NCBI GenBank assembly: GCA_965204235.1
Contig: OZ241979.1
Coordinates: 2,744,907 to 2,808,906, forward strand
Direction of reading: 5' to 3'
Source of the DNA: an uncultured Candidatus Binatia bacterium
Lineage (GTDB): Bacteria > Desulfobacterota > Binatia > UBA9968 > JAJDTQ01
Length of the DNA stretch: 64,000 nt
Made by a program: the position numbers and the translations under genes. The notes beneath the pieces were generated by a model, which had not been told where the DNA came from, did no database searches, and saw nothing but the letters and a program-made list of their open reading frames with translations. This document shows positions 17,588 through 26,856 of the stretch, piece after piece (the stretch's first letter is position 1; each line of letters begins with the position of its first letter).

Positions 17588-18052
17588 ATGCCTTGGTGGG
17601 GCTGGGTGAGCGTCGGCATCGTCTTGATGGGGTTGGAGTTGACGACCGTGGATGCCGCCTTCTACCTCGTTTTCGTCGGAGCCGCCGCGGTCTGCGTGGG
17701 GGTGCTGGGGCTTGCAGGAGCGGCCATGCCCGTCTGGGGTCAACTGCTCGCCTTCGCGGTGCTTGCCGTCGTCTCCATGGTGTGGTTTCGGCGCAAGCTC
17801 TACGACAAGGTCCGGGGCGGACTGCCGGGCTTCGAGTACACGGTGGTCGGCACGGTGGTGTCCGTCCACGAAGAGGTTCCCCGCGGGGGACAGACACGGG
17901 TCCGCATGCAAGGGACCCAGTGGGCCGCGGTGAACGTCGGGCCGTCGTCCATCCCCGCGGGCGCCCGTGCGCGCGTGGTCGGAAGAGACGGCGTGGGCTT
18001 GTCCATCGAGGGGCTTGCGGACGAAGCATGGAAACCATCCGAGGAGGAATAA
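17588..18052 (+). CDS. NfeD-family membrane protein
   Basis: Three N-terminal TM helices plus a C-terminal OB-like domain (G.V.V.....G...V...G..W.A). Sits upstream of an SPFH gene, the classic pairing. Confidence 0.8.
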   Translation: MPWWGWVSVGIVLMGLELTTVDAAFYLVFVGAAAVCVGVLGLAGAAMPVWGQLLAFAVLAVVSMVWFRRKLYDKVRGGLPGFEYTVVGTVVSVHEEVPRGGQTRVRMQGTQWAAVNVGPSSIPAGARARVVGRDGVGLSIEGLADEAWKPSEEE

Positions 18053-19020
18053 TGGAATCGAACCTGGGGAATATCGGTCTTCTGATCACCGCGGTCGTCA
18101 TCGCCATAGTCGTGCTGGTGGTGCTGGTCAAGACCGCGGTGGTGGTGCCTCAACAGAACGCCTACGTGGTGGAGAACTTGGGCAAGTACTCGCGCACGCT
18201 CAGGCCCGGGTTCAACATCCTGGTGCCGTTCCTGGAGCGGGTCGCATACCGGCACAGCCTCAAGGAACACGCCCTGGACATCGAAGAGCAGGTCTGCATC
18301 ACCGCGGACAACGTCCAGGTAGGCGTGGACGGCGTCCTCTACCTCCAGGTAATGGACCCGCAAAGAGCGTCCTACGGCATCGGCAATTACGTGTTCGCCA
18401 TCTCGCAGCTCGCACAGACTACCCTGCGCAGCGAGATCGGGAAGATCGAGCTGGACAAGACGTTCGAGGAGCGGGGCCACATCAACCAGTCCGTGGTCGA
18501 GGAGCTCGACCAGGCGTCCGACCCCTGGGGAGTCAAGGTGCTTCGGTACGAGATCAAGAATATCAACCCGCCTGCGGACGTGCTTTCCGCCATGGAGAAG
18601 CAGATGCGCGCGGAGCGGGAGAAGCGCGCCACCATCCTGCAGTCGGAGGGCGATCGGGACGCCAGGATCAACGAGGCCGAAGCCGACAAGCAGCGGGTCA
18701 TCAAGGCTTCGGAGGCGGCCAAGCAGCAGCAGATCAACGAGGCGGAAGGCGAGGCCGCGGCCATCCTGGCGGTGGCCGGGGCCACTGCCGAAGGTCTGAA
18801 GAAGGTAGCGGAGGCGCTGGATTCGGACGGCGGCGACAAGGCCATGCAACTCCGGGTGGCGGAGAACTACCTGGAGCGCTTCGGCAACTTGGCCAAGCAG
18901 GGCAACACGCTCATCGTCCCCGCGAACCTGAGCGACGTGTCGTCGATGATCAGCGCCGCCACCACCGTCCTGCGAAGCACCATGGGAAGAAGTGACCGGG
19001 ATCCCGGTCCGACCGGGTAG
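18052..19020 (+). CDS. SPFH/band-7 (stomatin/prohibitin-like) protein
   Basis: N-terminal TM helix, SPFH domain (VPQQNAYVVENLGKY...) and a coiled-coil tail. Its start overlaps the nfeD stop (TAATG). Confidence 0.9.
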   Translation: MESNLGNIGLLITAVVIAIVVLVVLVKTAVVVPQQNAYVVENLGKYSRTLRPGFNILVPFLERVAYRHSLKEHALDIEEQVCITADNVQVGVDGVLYLQVMDPQRASYGIGNYVFAISQLAQTTLRSEIGKIELDKTFEERGHINQSVVEELDQASDPWGVKVLRYEIKNINPPADVLSAMEKQMRAEREKRATILQSEGDRDARINEAEADKQRVIKASEAAKQQQINEAEGEAAAILAVAGATAEGLKKVAEALDSDGGDKAMQLRVAENYLERFGNLAKQGNTLIVPANLSDVSSMISAATTVLRSTMGRSDRDPGPTG

Positions 19021-19088
19021 CGGCGCGCGCAGGGAACCGCAAGGGCAGGCGGTCAGCCCTTGCACCCTCCGCCCAACGGCGCCCGCGC

Positions 19089-19394
19089 ATGGGAGCTTTG
19101 GCGACGGATCCGAAAACGGTAACGTTGCTCGCAGGATTGGTGCGCGCCTTCCGGGCGGGCGACGTCGAGATGCGCTTCGACGAGACGGACCGGGCAATCC
19201 TGGACACGCTGTCCGCGGAAGGACTGGTGGACCTCTCCAACGACGGCTTCCGGCTGACCGGGACCGCTGGGTCGTATGCGGTGCGGTCCCTCGTCCCGCC
19301 GGTCACCCCCAAAGGCATCCTGTACCTGGAGCGCCTCCCCATCGACGAGTTCGCGGACCGACCGGGACTGTTCCGATTCCTCGGCTGGCTGTAG
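19089..19394 (+). CDS. Hypothetical small protein
   Basis: 101-aa ORF ending 30 nt upstream of the MTase gene. No motif recognised. Confidence 0.4.
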   Translation: MGALATDPKTVTLLAGLVRAFRAGDVEMRFDETDRAILDTLSAEGLVDLSNDGFRLTGTAGSYAVRSLVPPVTPKGILYLERLPIDEFADRPGLFRFLGWL

Positions 19395-19424
19395 TCCGTA
19401 ATACGGCAGGGACGCCATGAAACC

Positions 19425-21155
19425 ATGAAAGAGAGGCGCGCGACCAACGAGACTCCGTTCCCGCCTGTTGCAATGCCTGCGCCGCAGGACGGAGACCGGC
19501 CTGCGGTCCATGCCGACCGTATCGGTGAGTGGTACGTCGCGGGGAAGTCCGATGAATACAGGAAGGGTCACGGTCTCTACCTGACGCCCGTCTGCGTAGC
19601 CGACTTCATGGCTGAGAAGATTCGAGTGACCGGAGCGAGGCTCCGCATTCTCGACCCTGCCGCCGGTGCGGGTATCCTGTGTTGTGCCGCAGTGGAGGCG
19701 CTGGTCTCCCGGGATCCCAGGCCGGAGGCCATCGAGTTGGTTGCCCATGAGGTGGATGAGGGCCTGATCCCCCTGTTGCGCGAAGTTCTGGGTCATCTTG
19801 CCGACTGGTGCCGCCGCCAACATGGGGTGACGGTGGCCGTCCGTGTCGAACCCGGTGATTTCGTCATGGCGCATGCCGAGGCGTTGCGGCTGTTCGGGGG
19901 GTTCCTGCCCTATCGGTTCGAGGAGCAGGGCTTCGACGTGGTAGTCTCCAACCCGCCCTATTTCAAGATCGGCAAGGGTGACCCGCGGGCGGCTGCGGCA
20001 TCCACCGTGGTTCACGGTCAGCCGAACATCTACGCTCTTTTCATGGCGGTCGGCGCCGCGCTTCTGCGCAGGCAGGGGCGTTTCGTCTTCATCACGCCCC
20101 GCAGCTTCGCATCCGGCCCTTATTTCCGACAGTTCCGGGCCACTTTCTTCGACATGATCCGGCCGGTGGAGGTCCACGTGTTCGGGTCCCGGCGGGACAC
20201 CTTCAGCCGGGACGAGGTGTTGCAGGAGAACGTGATTCTCTCAGGCATCCGTCAGGACCCCCATGACCGGGACGGCGCCGACGGGCGGCTGATCCTCTCG
20301 TCGAGCCGGGGGATCCGCGACATCAGCGAGCCCGACCGACGTGAGGTTCCGCTGGGTGTAGTCCTGGACTTCGCTTCCGCGGACAGGGTGCTCCGGTTGC
20401 CGCTCTGTGACGAAGATGAAGAAGCACTGGCGTTGGTGGACTCGTGGCCGAGCAGCCTTCGCGGCCTGGGGCTGAACGTGTCCACCGGCCCGGTGGTGCC
20501 GTTTCGTGCAACGGAGTTCGTCTGTGCGGAGGGCAGGGCGCCGACGAGCCACGTGCCGCTCCTGTGGATGAATCATGTGCGCGCCATGCAGGTCACGTGG
20601 CCGCTCAAGGGGCACAAGCCGGAGTACATCAGGCGGTCTGGCGCCAAGGCGCTGCTAACGCCCAACAGGAACTACGTTCTCCTGCGCCGCTTCAGCGCCA
20701 AGGAAGAGGCGCGTCGGCTGACCGCAGCTCCATACATCGCGGCGGGTTTCGGGGTTTCGGCCGTGGGGTTTGAGAACCATCTCAACTATGTCCACCGACC
20801 GGGCGGCACACTCTCCGAAGACGAAGCCTGGGGTTTGGCGGCGCTCTACAACAGCCGCCTTCTGGACATCTGGTTCCGCACGGTCAACGGCAACACCCAA
20901 GTCAGCGCCACCGAGTTGCGCGCGATGCCGCTTCCGGCTCACGAGACGATCATCGCGCTCGGCCGACGGTTGAGGCAGCTTGCCAACTCCATGAAGGACC
21001 TGGATGCGCTCGTCACGAGCATGGCGGTCCGTTCCGACTTGGAAGGGGAAGCGGTCGAAGGTGATCGCATGGGAGCGCGCGTCACTTGGCGTCGTCCGCT
21101 CCGTCTTCGTCGGGTTCCGGGACCCAGCCTTCGCCGAACTCGTCGGACTCCCTGA
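19425..21155 (+). CDS. Eco57I/TaqI-like N6-adenine DNA methyltransferase (no nuclease domain, apparently orphan)
   Basis: LYLTP..VADFM, ILDPAAGAGIL (motif I) and VVSNPPYF (motif IV), followed by a TRD-like C-terminal half. Confidence 0.85.
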   Translation: MKERRATNETPFPPVAMPAPQDGDRPAVHADRIGEWYVAGKSDEYRKGHGLYLTPVCVADFMAEKIRVTGARLRILDPAAGAGILCCAAVEALVSRDPRPEAIELVAHEVDEGLIPLLREVLGHLADWCRRQHGVTVAVRVEPGDFVMAHAEALRLFGGFLPYRFEEQGFDVVVSNPPYFKIGKGDPRAAAASTVVHGQPNIYALFMAVGAALLRRQGRFVFITPRSFASGPYFRQFRATFFDMIRPVEVHVFGSRRDTFSRDEVLQENVILSGIRQDPHDRDGADGRLILSSSRGIRDISEPDRREVPLGVVLDFASADRVLRLPLCDEDEEALALVDSWPSSLRGLGLNVSTGPVVPFRATEFVCAEGRAPTSHVPLLWMNHVRAMQVTWPLKGHKPEYIRRSGAKALLTPNRNYVLLRRFSAKEEARRLTAAPYIAAGFGVSAVGFENHLNYVHRPGGTLSEDEAWGLAALYNSRLLDIWFRTVNGNTQVSATELRAMPLPAHETIIALGRRLRQLANSMKDLDALVTSMAVRSDLEGEAVEGDRMGARVTWRRPLRLRRVPGPSLRRTRRTP

Positions 21156-22089
21156 AGCCTTCCGTGCGCCACTCGTCGATGAGTTGCCGGACGGGTATCT
21201 TGCGCCGCATGAGGCCCTTCATCAGGTCCTTGTACAGGGGCGCCACGTGGGTCTGGGCGTTGATCGGGCAAACCGTCAGGCAGACCTTGCAGCCTTCGTA
21301 CTCCTCGAAGAAAGGCCGGCACGTGGGCGTGTCCACGTGCCAGCGCACCGTGCCGAACACCTCCTGCTTCCTGGGCACGATGGAGTCTCCGGGGCAGAAG
21401 TTCGTGCACACGTTGCAGCGCAGGCAAAAGTCGTCGAAGCCGTAGTTGGCCGGCTGCGCCTCCGCCACCAGGGGCATCTCGGTGGTGACCGCGCCGAGAC
21501 GCACGCTCGGGCCGAACTTCCGGGTGATGAGGGAGCCGTGGCGGCCGAGCTCGCCGAGGCCGGCCTTCCAGGCCACGGGAATGAAGAGCAGGTCGCCCTC
21601 GTTGGGATACCCCACCGCGTGGTAGCCGTAAGCGCGGATGTATTGGGCCAGGCGCACGGAAACGTCGGACAACAGGTAATAGACCTTGTGCACCTCCATC
21701 TGCGCCAACGGGCCCAGCCGCTTCATCTCATGGAAGTCCATGTGGATGGCGAAGACCATGGCCGCCTTGTGCCCCTCGGGCGCCCCGGTCCCGCGCACGA
21801 AGTCGAACTCGTCGATGGGGGCGACGCCCACGAGGTCGGCTCCCATGTCCAGGGCCACCTGCTTGAAGGTGCGGGTGACGCCCGCCCAGTCGCTGGTCTC
21901 CAGGCGGTCGGGGTTCACCGGGCCGTCGTGAAGCTTGCGGCGGTCGTGGTCCTCCCGCATGAACATGAACCGCCGCGTCTGCGGATGGCGCTTGGCCTTG
22001 GTGACCGCGCCCTTCTTCTTGTCGGGGAACGGCCATTGCTTGACGGCCTGCTCTCGACGCTCCGTGAACAGGATGCCGCTGGGTTCCAT
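21082..22089 (-). CDS. Reductive-dehalogenase-like / QueG-like 2x[4Fe-4S] protein (cytoplasmic, no TAT signal)
   Basis: CLRCNVCTNFCP and CKVCLTVCP ferredoxin motifs in the C-terminal third. The N-terminal part resembles RdhA/QueG. Confidence 0.6.
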   Translation of the reverse strand: MEPSGILFTERREQAVKQWPFPDKKKGAVTKAKRHPQTRRFMFMREDHDRRKLHDGPVNPDRLETSDWAGVTRTFKQVALDMGADLVGVAPIDEFDFVRGTGAPEGHKAAMVFAIHMDFHEMKRLGPLAQMEVHKVYYLLSDVSVRLAQYIRAYGYHAVGYPNEGDLLFIPVAWKAGLGELGRHGSLITRKFGPSVRLGAVTTEMPLVAEAQPANYGFDDFCLRCNVCTNFCPGDSIVPRKQEVFGTVRWHVDTPTCRPFFEEYEGCKVCLTVCPINAQTHVAPLYKDLMKGLMRRKIPVRQLIDEWRTEGFRESDEFGEGWVPEPDEDGADDAK

Positions 22090-22262
22090 ATTCTTCCCCC
22101 CATGCGCTGGCGCAACCGGACCGGCTTCAGACTCACACTCGCGACGGCACGGATCTTACCAGACGAACCCCGCGGATTCCACGGGATCACGGTCCGCCAA
22201 GTCTCCCGTCTTTGCCCTTGTGTTGTCCGGCCGTCTTCACTACGGTGTGGAACGACAGCGAC

Positions 22263-22405
22263 GGAAACCCGGAACGATTGCTCCCCGTTCGTCCTGAGCG
22301 TAGCGAAGCGAGTCCTCCGTTCATCCTGAGCGTAGCGAAGCGAAGTCGAAGGACGCGCTTTCCCATGTGGAGAGGCGCCTCGAGCCGGGATCGACCGGAG
22401 GTTCC
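22263..22405 (+). repeat. MITE-like repeat copy 5 (complete, internal module x2)
   Basis: ggaaacccggaacgattg ... two copies of ccgttcRtcctgagcgtagcgaagcga ... cgaccggaggttcc. Confidence 0.85.
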
Positions 22406-22452
22406 CCACGTCGGTCCGTGCGCGGCCGCAAGCGGCCGGGAGGAGTACTGCC

Positions 22453-23137
22453 ATGCAAACGACCGCGGGACATGCGGTGGCCGAAGTCTTGGCGCAGCTC
22501 GGCGTCCGCAAGGTGACCGGTGTCGTGGGGTCCTGCATGCTCGAAATCCTCGACGGCATGTACGGCCGGGACGACATCGGCTTCCTGTCCACCCGCCACG
22601 AACAGGCCGCGGCCCTGATGGCGGACGGCTACGCCAGGGTCGCCGGCCGGCCGGGCGTGTGCATCGCCACCAACGGTCCGGGTGCCACCAACCTGTTGAC
22701 CGGCGTGGCCAACGCCTTCCATGCGCAGAGTCCGGTGCTGGTCATCACCGGCGCGCCCATGATGAAGGACATGTTCCGCGATTCGAGCCAGGAGATCGAC
22801 CAGCAGGCCCTGTTCCGGCCCGTGGTCAAATGGTCGGTGCAGGTGCGCAAGCCCGAGCTGGCCGCGGCCATGACGCGGGAAGCCTACGAGCGGACCACCG
22901 CGGGAATCCCCGGACCGGTGCACCTGGACCTTCCGCGGGACGTCCTGAAACGCGCGGGTCTTCGGGGCCGCTGGCCTCAAGGTGGCCGATCCCGGGGAGC
23001 TCGAAGACGCCTTCGCCGAAGCCATCCGGCTGGGCCGGACGCAGCCTGTGCTGGTGGACGTCCTGTGCACTCCCGACGTCTTCCCCGAACCCCGGCGCAA
23101 GGAGACCGTGAAGGCGGAACGGTTGCGGCAAGCGTGA
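22453..23137 (+). pseudogene. Thiamine-diphosphate enzyme (acetolactate-synthase-like) remnant: N-terminal TPP domain plus the last ~50 codons in another frame
   Basis: Frame 1 encodes TPP_enzyme_N up to PVHLDLPRDV. Frame 2 (22976-23137) encodes an ALS-like C-terminal tail, LKVADPGELEDAFAEAIRLGRTQPVLVDV. The middle and PP-binding domains are absent. Confidence 0.7.
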
Positions 23138-23168
23138 GCCTGAGCCGCCGCGCCCACGGACCACATCA

Positions 23169-23226
23169 GGAACCTCTGATCGCTACGCTACGCTCAGGAC
23201 GAACGGGGTAATCGTTCAGGGTTTCC
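23169..23226 (-). repeat. MITE-like repeat copy 6 (58 bp, internally deleted, both ends present)
   Basis: ggaacctctgatcgctacgctacgctcaggacgaacggggtaatcgttcagggtttcc. Confidence 0.8.
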
Positions 23227-23231
23227 ATTGG

Positions 23232-24050
23232 TCAGTCGGTGACCTCGAAGCGCAGCAGCGTGGCCGGCGTCTTGTAGTAGGCTTCGCGGCAGTCGGCTTC
23301 CGATGCGTACCGGCCGGGTTGCATCCGGCGGGCGCGGAGCGTGACCTGGAGAGGCGACACGTCGAAGGGGTAGGGCGCCATCTTCACGGAACCGTCGGGG
23401 TTGGGCGTGATGCGCAACTCGACGCCGTCGTCGGGAGCGTAGGCCGCGGGGACGGGCGCCAAGCGCTCTTCCTCGAAGCCGCGGTCGCCGTAACCGTCGC
23501 AGCAGAAGTAGAGCGACAGCAGGTCGAAGGCCTGGAGCAGACGGTAGTTGACCCACAACTCCTCCTCGAAACGCGGGTCCGCGGCGGCGAGGGAGGTCTT
23601 GTCACCGCGCTGCTGCTCCTCCAGCTCTTCGAGCACGGCCTTGACCCCGGCGCTGAGGTCTCGCGCCCGCGGCCGGGGGCTCGTCAGCACTTGGTAGCGG
23701 CCGCGCCACAAGCCGGTCCGGTGCATGGACACCAGGAGGCCGGCGTAGATGTCGTGGCCGCGTACCCAGTCCACGTTGCGCCGGTAGGCTTGCAGTTCCA
23801 CGGCCTCGAACGAGGGGATGGTCTCGCGGTGCCCGTAGGGACGGCCTTTCTCGACGTTCATGGGCGGCATCCCCTCCCACTCCCGGTAGCCGCTGTCATG
23901 GTACGTGGTGGCGAAGACCAGGGTGTCATAGGGCCGGAGCCGTGCGAACCGGTGGTTGCCCCAGTGGGCCGCGAACTGCGCCGACAGCTCGGCGTGCTCC
24001 TCCTGGGTGCTCACGAAGGTGGATCCGTCTTCCACTTCACGTATGACCAT
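23232..24050 (-). CDS. DUF3891-like hypothetical protein
   Basis: 272 aa from MVIREVEDG. HAELSAQFAAHWGN...TYHDSGY pattern. The family assignment is from memory only. Confidence 0.5.
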   Translation of the reverse strand: MVIREVEDGSTFVSTQEEHAELSAQFAAHWGNHRFARLRPYDTLVFATTYHDSGYREWEGMPPMNVEKGRPYGHRETIPSFEAVELQAYRRNVDWVRGHDIYAGLLVSMHRTGLWRGRYQVLTSPRPRARDLSAGVKAVLEELEEQQRGDKTSLAAADPRFEEELWVNYRLLQAFDLLSLYFCCDGYGDRGFEEERLAPVPAAYAPDDGVELRITPNPDGSVKMAPYPFDVSPLQVTLRARRMQPGRYASEADCREAYYKTPATLLRFEVTD

Positions 24051-24102
24051 GGCGGGCCTCCCCTGCCTGCGGACTCCCTGTCCCCATCCCGGACCTGCTG
24101 AC

Positions 24103-24501
24103 TCAGAAAATCCCCTTTGCGCGCTGGAGCGCACGGACGTAGGCGGTGATCTTCTCCACGTCCTCCGCGGAGACCCCCGGGACCGGGGGCATGTTGCCGA
24201 AACGCCAGTGGTGTTGCCGCACGCCGTTCCGCGCCGCGGCCTGGAACGCCCGATCCGGGTGATGGTTGGGTTCGTAGTAGATGTGGACGAGCGGGGGGCC
24301 GATGCCGCTGCCCGTTGCTTCCCTGCCGTGGCAGGTCTCGCAGTGGACGGCGAAGAGGCGGGCGCCGGCCTTCGCCGACGCCGTCATCGGGACGTCGACG
24401 CCCGGTCCCTCTCCGCCCCCGGGGGTCCGAACCCCCCACCACACCCCGGCGCCCAGCGCCGCCGCAAGGAGCATGGCCGAAACCCACACCGGTCGCTTCA
24501 T
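24103..24501 (-). CDS. Class I c-type cytochrome (secreted)
   Basis: Signal peptide MKRPVWVSAMLLAAALGAG, heme motif CETCH, and a distal Met region (GNMPP). Confidence 0.85.
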   Translation of the reverse strand: MKRPVWVSAMLLAAALGAGVWWGVRTPGGGEGPGVDVPMTASAKAGARLFAVHCETCHGREATGSGIGPPLVHIYYEPNHHPDRAFQAAARNGVRQHHWRFGNMPPVPGVSAEDVEKITAYVRALQRAKGIF

Positions 24502-24595
24502 CTGGTCTCCACCGCACCCTTCCGCTCGACCCGGGGCCTCGACATGGACAACCGAGCCTCTGTCGCCTGTTTATCCATACGGAAACTATCCACAC

Positions 24596-24721
24596 GGAAA
24601 CTCGGAACAACGACCCCCGTCCGTCCTGAGCGTAATGAAGCGGGTCCTCCGTTCGTCCTGAGCGTAGCGAAGTCGAAGGACGCGCCTTCACAGGGGAGGG
24701 CCGGCAAGGATCAGAGGTTCC
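24596..24721 (+). repeat. MITE-like repeat copy 7 (complete, internal module x2)
   Basis: ggaaactcggaacaacg...cgtcctgagcgtaatgaagcgggtcctccgttcgtcctgagcgtagcgaagtcgaaggacgcgc...gatcagaggttcc. Confidence 0.85.
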
Positions 24722-24937
24722 CTGCGTATTTACCACAAGCGTCGCCGCGGGTCAGCCACCCGGGCGCCAGGAGTCCGGCGGCGGACGGATGGTTGGCGAC
24801 GCCGGGCAAGGCCTTCGAGGGCTTGACAGACGCCATGCTCATGGAGCAGACGGAGTGGTTGCAGCGGCAGTCGGACACCATGGACGGGCTGCGCGCCGTC
24901 TGCGGGGCGGCGAACGCCGTGGGGGACTTGGACCGAA

Positions 24938-25046
24938 GGAACCTCTGGTCAATTCCGGTTCGAGGCGCATCTCCCTATGGGAAAGCGCGTCCTTCGACTT
25001 CGCTACGCTACGCTCAGGATGAACGGGGCAATTGTTCAGAGTTTCC
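24938..25046 (-). repeat. MITE-like repeat copy 8 (complete, 109 bp)
   Basis: ggaacctctggtcaattccgg ... ctcaggatgaacggggcaattgttcagagtttcc. Confidence 0.88.
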
Positions 25047-25060
25047 GGAAAGGGGTTTCC

Positions 25061-26206
25061 GTGAGCGAGCTATCGAACACGAGGACGGACGTGGTGGGCA
25101 GCCTGCTGCGTCCGGAGAGGCTCAAGCGCGCCCGGCGCCGTTTCGACGCCGGCGAGACCGGCGCGGGGGAGTTGCGCGCGGCGGAGGACGAGTGCATCCG
25201 GGAAGCGGTCGGGATGCAGGAGGCCGCGGGTCTCGGGGTGGTCACCGACGGGGAGTTCCGCCGGTTGAACTTCCAGGACAGTTTCGGCGCCTGCGTCGAG
25301 GGTTTCCGTTCCGTGGCGCCGCGCATGGAGATCCTGGAGGACCAGGCCCGGCACGGCAAGGCGCTGCAACGCTGGGACGTCCACCGGGACGCCGCGGCCG
25401 GCGTGCCCGTGTGGCACCGGCTGCCCGCGGCGGAGCGGCTGCGTCTCGTCCGCAACCTCCCCCTCGACGAGTACCGCTACGTCAACACCGTGGCCCACGC
25501 TCCCGCCAAGGTCACGCTCATCGGCCCCGACCGCATCAGCCAGCGGTTCGACCACGAAGGCTCGCGGGACGTCTATGCCACCCCGGAGGAGTTCCTCGAC
25601 CACGTGGTGGCCATCGAGCAGGCCATGGTGGCGAGCCTGGTGGAGGCGGGCTGCGCCTACGTCCAGATCGACGCGCCCGGGTACACGGCCTACGTGGACG
25701 AGCCGTCCCTGGAAGCCATGAGGCAGCGGGGCGAAGACCCGGACGCGAACCTGGAACGGTCCATCGCAGCCGACAACCGGCTCCTCGAAGCCTTTGGCGG
25801 CGCGGTGTCCGGCATCCACCTCTGCCGGGGCAACCAGCGCAGCATGTGGCACCGGGAGGGATCCTACGACGCGGTGGCGGAGCGGCTGTTCTCCGGGCTG
25901 AAGCACCGCCGGTTGCTGCTGGAGTACGACTCGGAACGCGCGGGCGGGTTCGAACCGCTGCGGTTCGTTCCCAAGGGGACGGTGGTGGTGCTGGGACTGG
26001 TCAGCACCAAGACGCCGGAACCGGAGAGCGTCGATCATCTCAAGCGGCGCATCGACGACGCGGCCCGGTTCCTGCCGCTGGAGCAGTTGGCGGTCAGCCC
26101 CCAGTGCGGGTTCTCTTCCGACGTGGTGGGCAACCTGTTGACCGAGGACGACCAGAAGCGGAAGCTCGACAGGGTGGTGGAGACGGCGAGGCAGGTGTGG
26201 GGTTAG
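25061..26206 (+). CDS. Cobalamin-independent methionine synthase (MetE C-terminal/COG0620-like) family protein
   Basis: VGSLLRP..L......G...ELRAAEDE.I...V..QE.AGL.VVTDGEFRR and a C-terminal SPQCGF motif. The start was moved to GTG 25061 because the upstream codons are MITE-derived. Confidence 0.8.
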   Translation: MSELSNTRTDVVGSLLRPERLKRARRRFDAGETGAGELRAAEDECIREAVGMQEAAGLGVVTDGEFRRLNFQDSFGACVEGFRSVAPRMEILEDQARHGKALQRWDVHRDAAAGVPVWHRLPAAERLRLVRNLPLDEYRYVNTVAHAPAKVTLIGPDRISQRFDHEGSRDVYATPEEFLDHVVAIEQAMVASLVEAGCAYVQIDAPGYTAYVDEPSLEAMRQRGEDPDANLERSIAADNRLLEAFGGAVSGIHLCRGNQRSMWHREGSYDAVAERLFSGLKHRRLLLEYDSERAGGFEPLRFVPKGTVVVLGLVSTKTPEPESVDHLKRRIDDAARFLPLEQLAVSPQCGFSSDVVGNLLTEDDQKRKLDRVVETARQVWG

Positions 26207-26228
26207 CCCGCAGGCGGGGGTGGAGACC

Positions 26229-26813
26229 ATGAGCGATCCGACGACCTTTCCGAGCTTCGTGGACGGCCGGGTGACCCTCAAGGTCGGAGACATCACGCAA
26301 GAGGCGGTGGACGCGGTGGTCAACGCGGCCAACGGCACGCTCATGGGCGGGGGCGGCGTGGACGGCGCCATCCACCGGGCGGGCGGCCCGGCCATCCTCG
26401 AGGAATGCAGGGCCGTCCGGGCCGAGAGGTATCCGGACGGCCTTCCCACCGGCGAGGCGGTCCTGACCACCGCGGGGAACATGCCTGCGCGCCGCGTGAT
26501 CCATACGGTGGGGCCGGTGTACGGCCGCGGCGGCCCGGCCAAGGCCGAGCAGCTCGCCCGGTGCTACCGCAACGCCCTGGCCCTGGCCGCGGCCCACGGA
26601 CTGGCCACGGTGGCCTTTCCGGCCATATCCACAGGCGTCTATGGCTATCCCCCGGACGAGGCGGCCGCGGTATCGTCCGGGGCCATCCTGCAGGCGCTCC
26701 GTTCCAGCCCTGCCATCACGGAAGTCCGGCTGGTGTTCTTTGCGGCCGGCGACGCGGAAGCGTTCCTGCGCCACCAGGTCTTCGATGCGGGGCGCGGGGA
26801 GCCGTCCGGGTAG
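26229..26813 (+). CDS. Macro-domain O-acetyl-ADP-ribose deacetylase (YmdB-like)
   Basis: GDITQEAVDAVVNAAN..L.GGGGVDGAIHRAGG and FPAISTGVYGYP motifs. Confidence 0.9.
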   Translation: MSDPTTFPSFVDGRVTLKVGDITQEAVDAVVNAANGTLMGGGGVDGAIHRAGGPAILEECRAVRAERYPDGLPTGEAVLTTAGNMPARRVIHTVGPVYGRGGPAKAEQLARCYRNALALAAAHGLATVAFPAISTGVYGYPPDEAAAVSSGAILQALRSSPAITEVRLVFFAAGDAEAFLRHQVFDAGRGEPSG

Positions 26814-26856
26814 GCGGCCCGCAGCGGGAAGCGGGAAGACTCCGGGAGCGCGTATC

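Noticed and set aside
24977-25060. N-terminal extension of the MetE-like ORF ([20 protein letters not shown]...)
   Set aside because: These codons are the translation of MITE copy 8, so the start was moved to GTG 25061.
23956-26232. 758-aa plus-strand ORF
   Set aside because: It spans antisense DUF3891 and cytochrome c sequence, two MITEs, and an alternative frame of the MetE-like gene. It is a composite shadow ORF.
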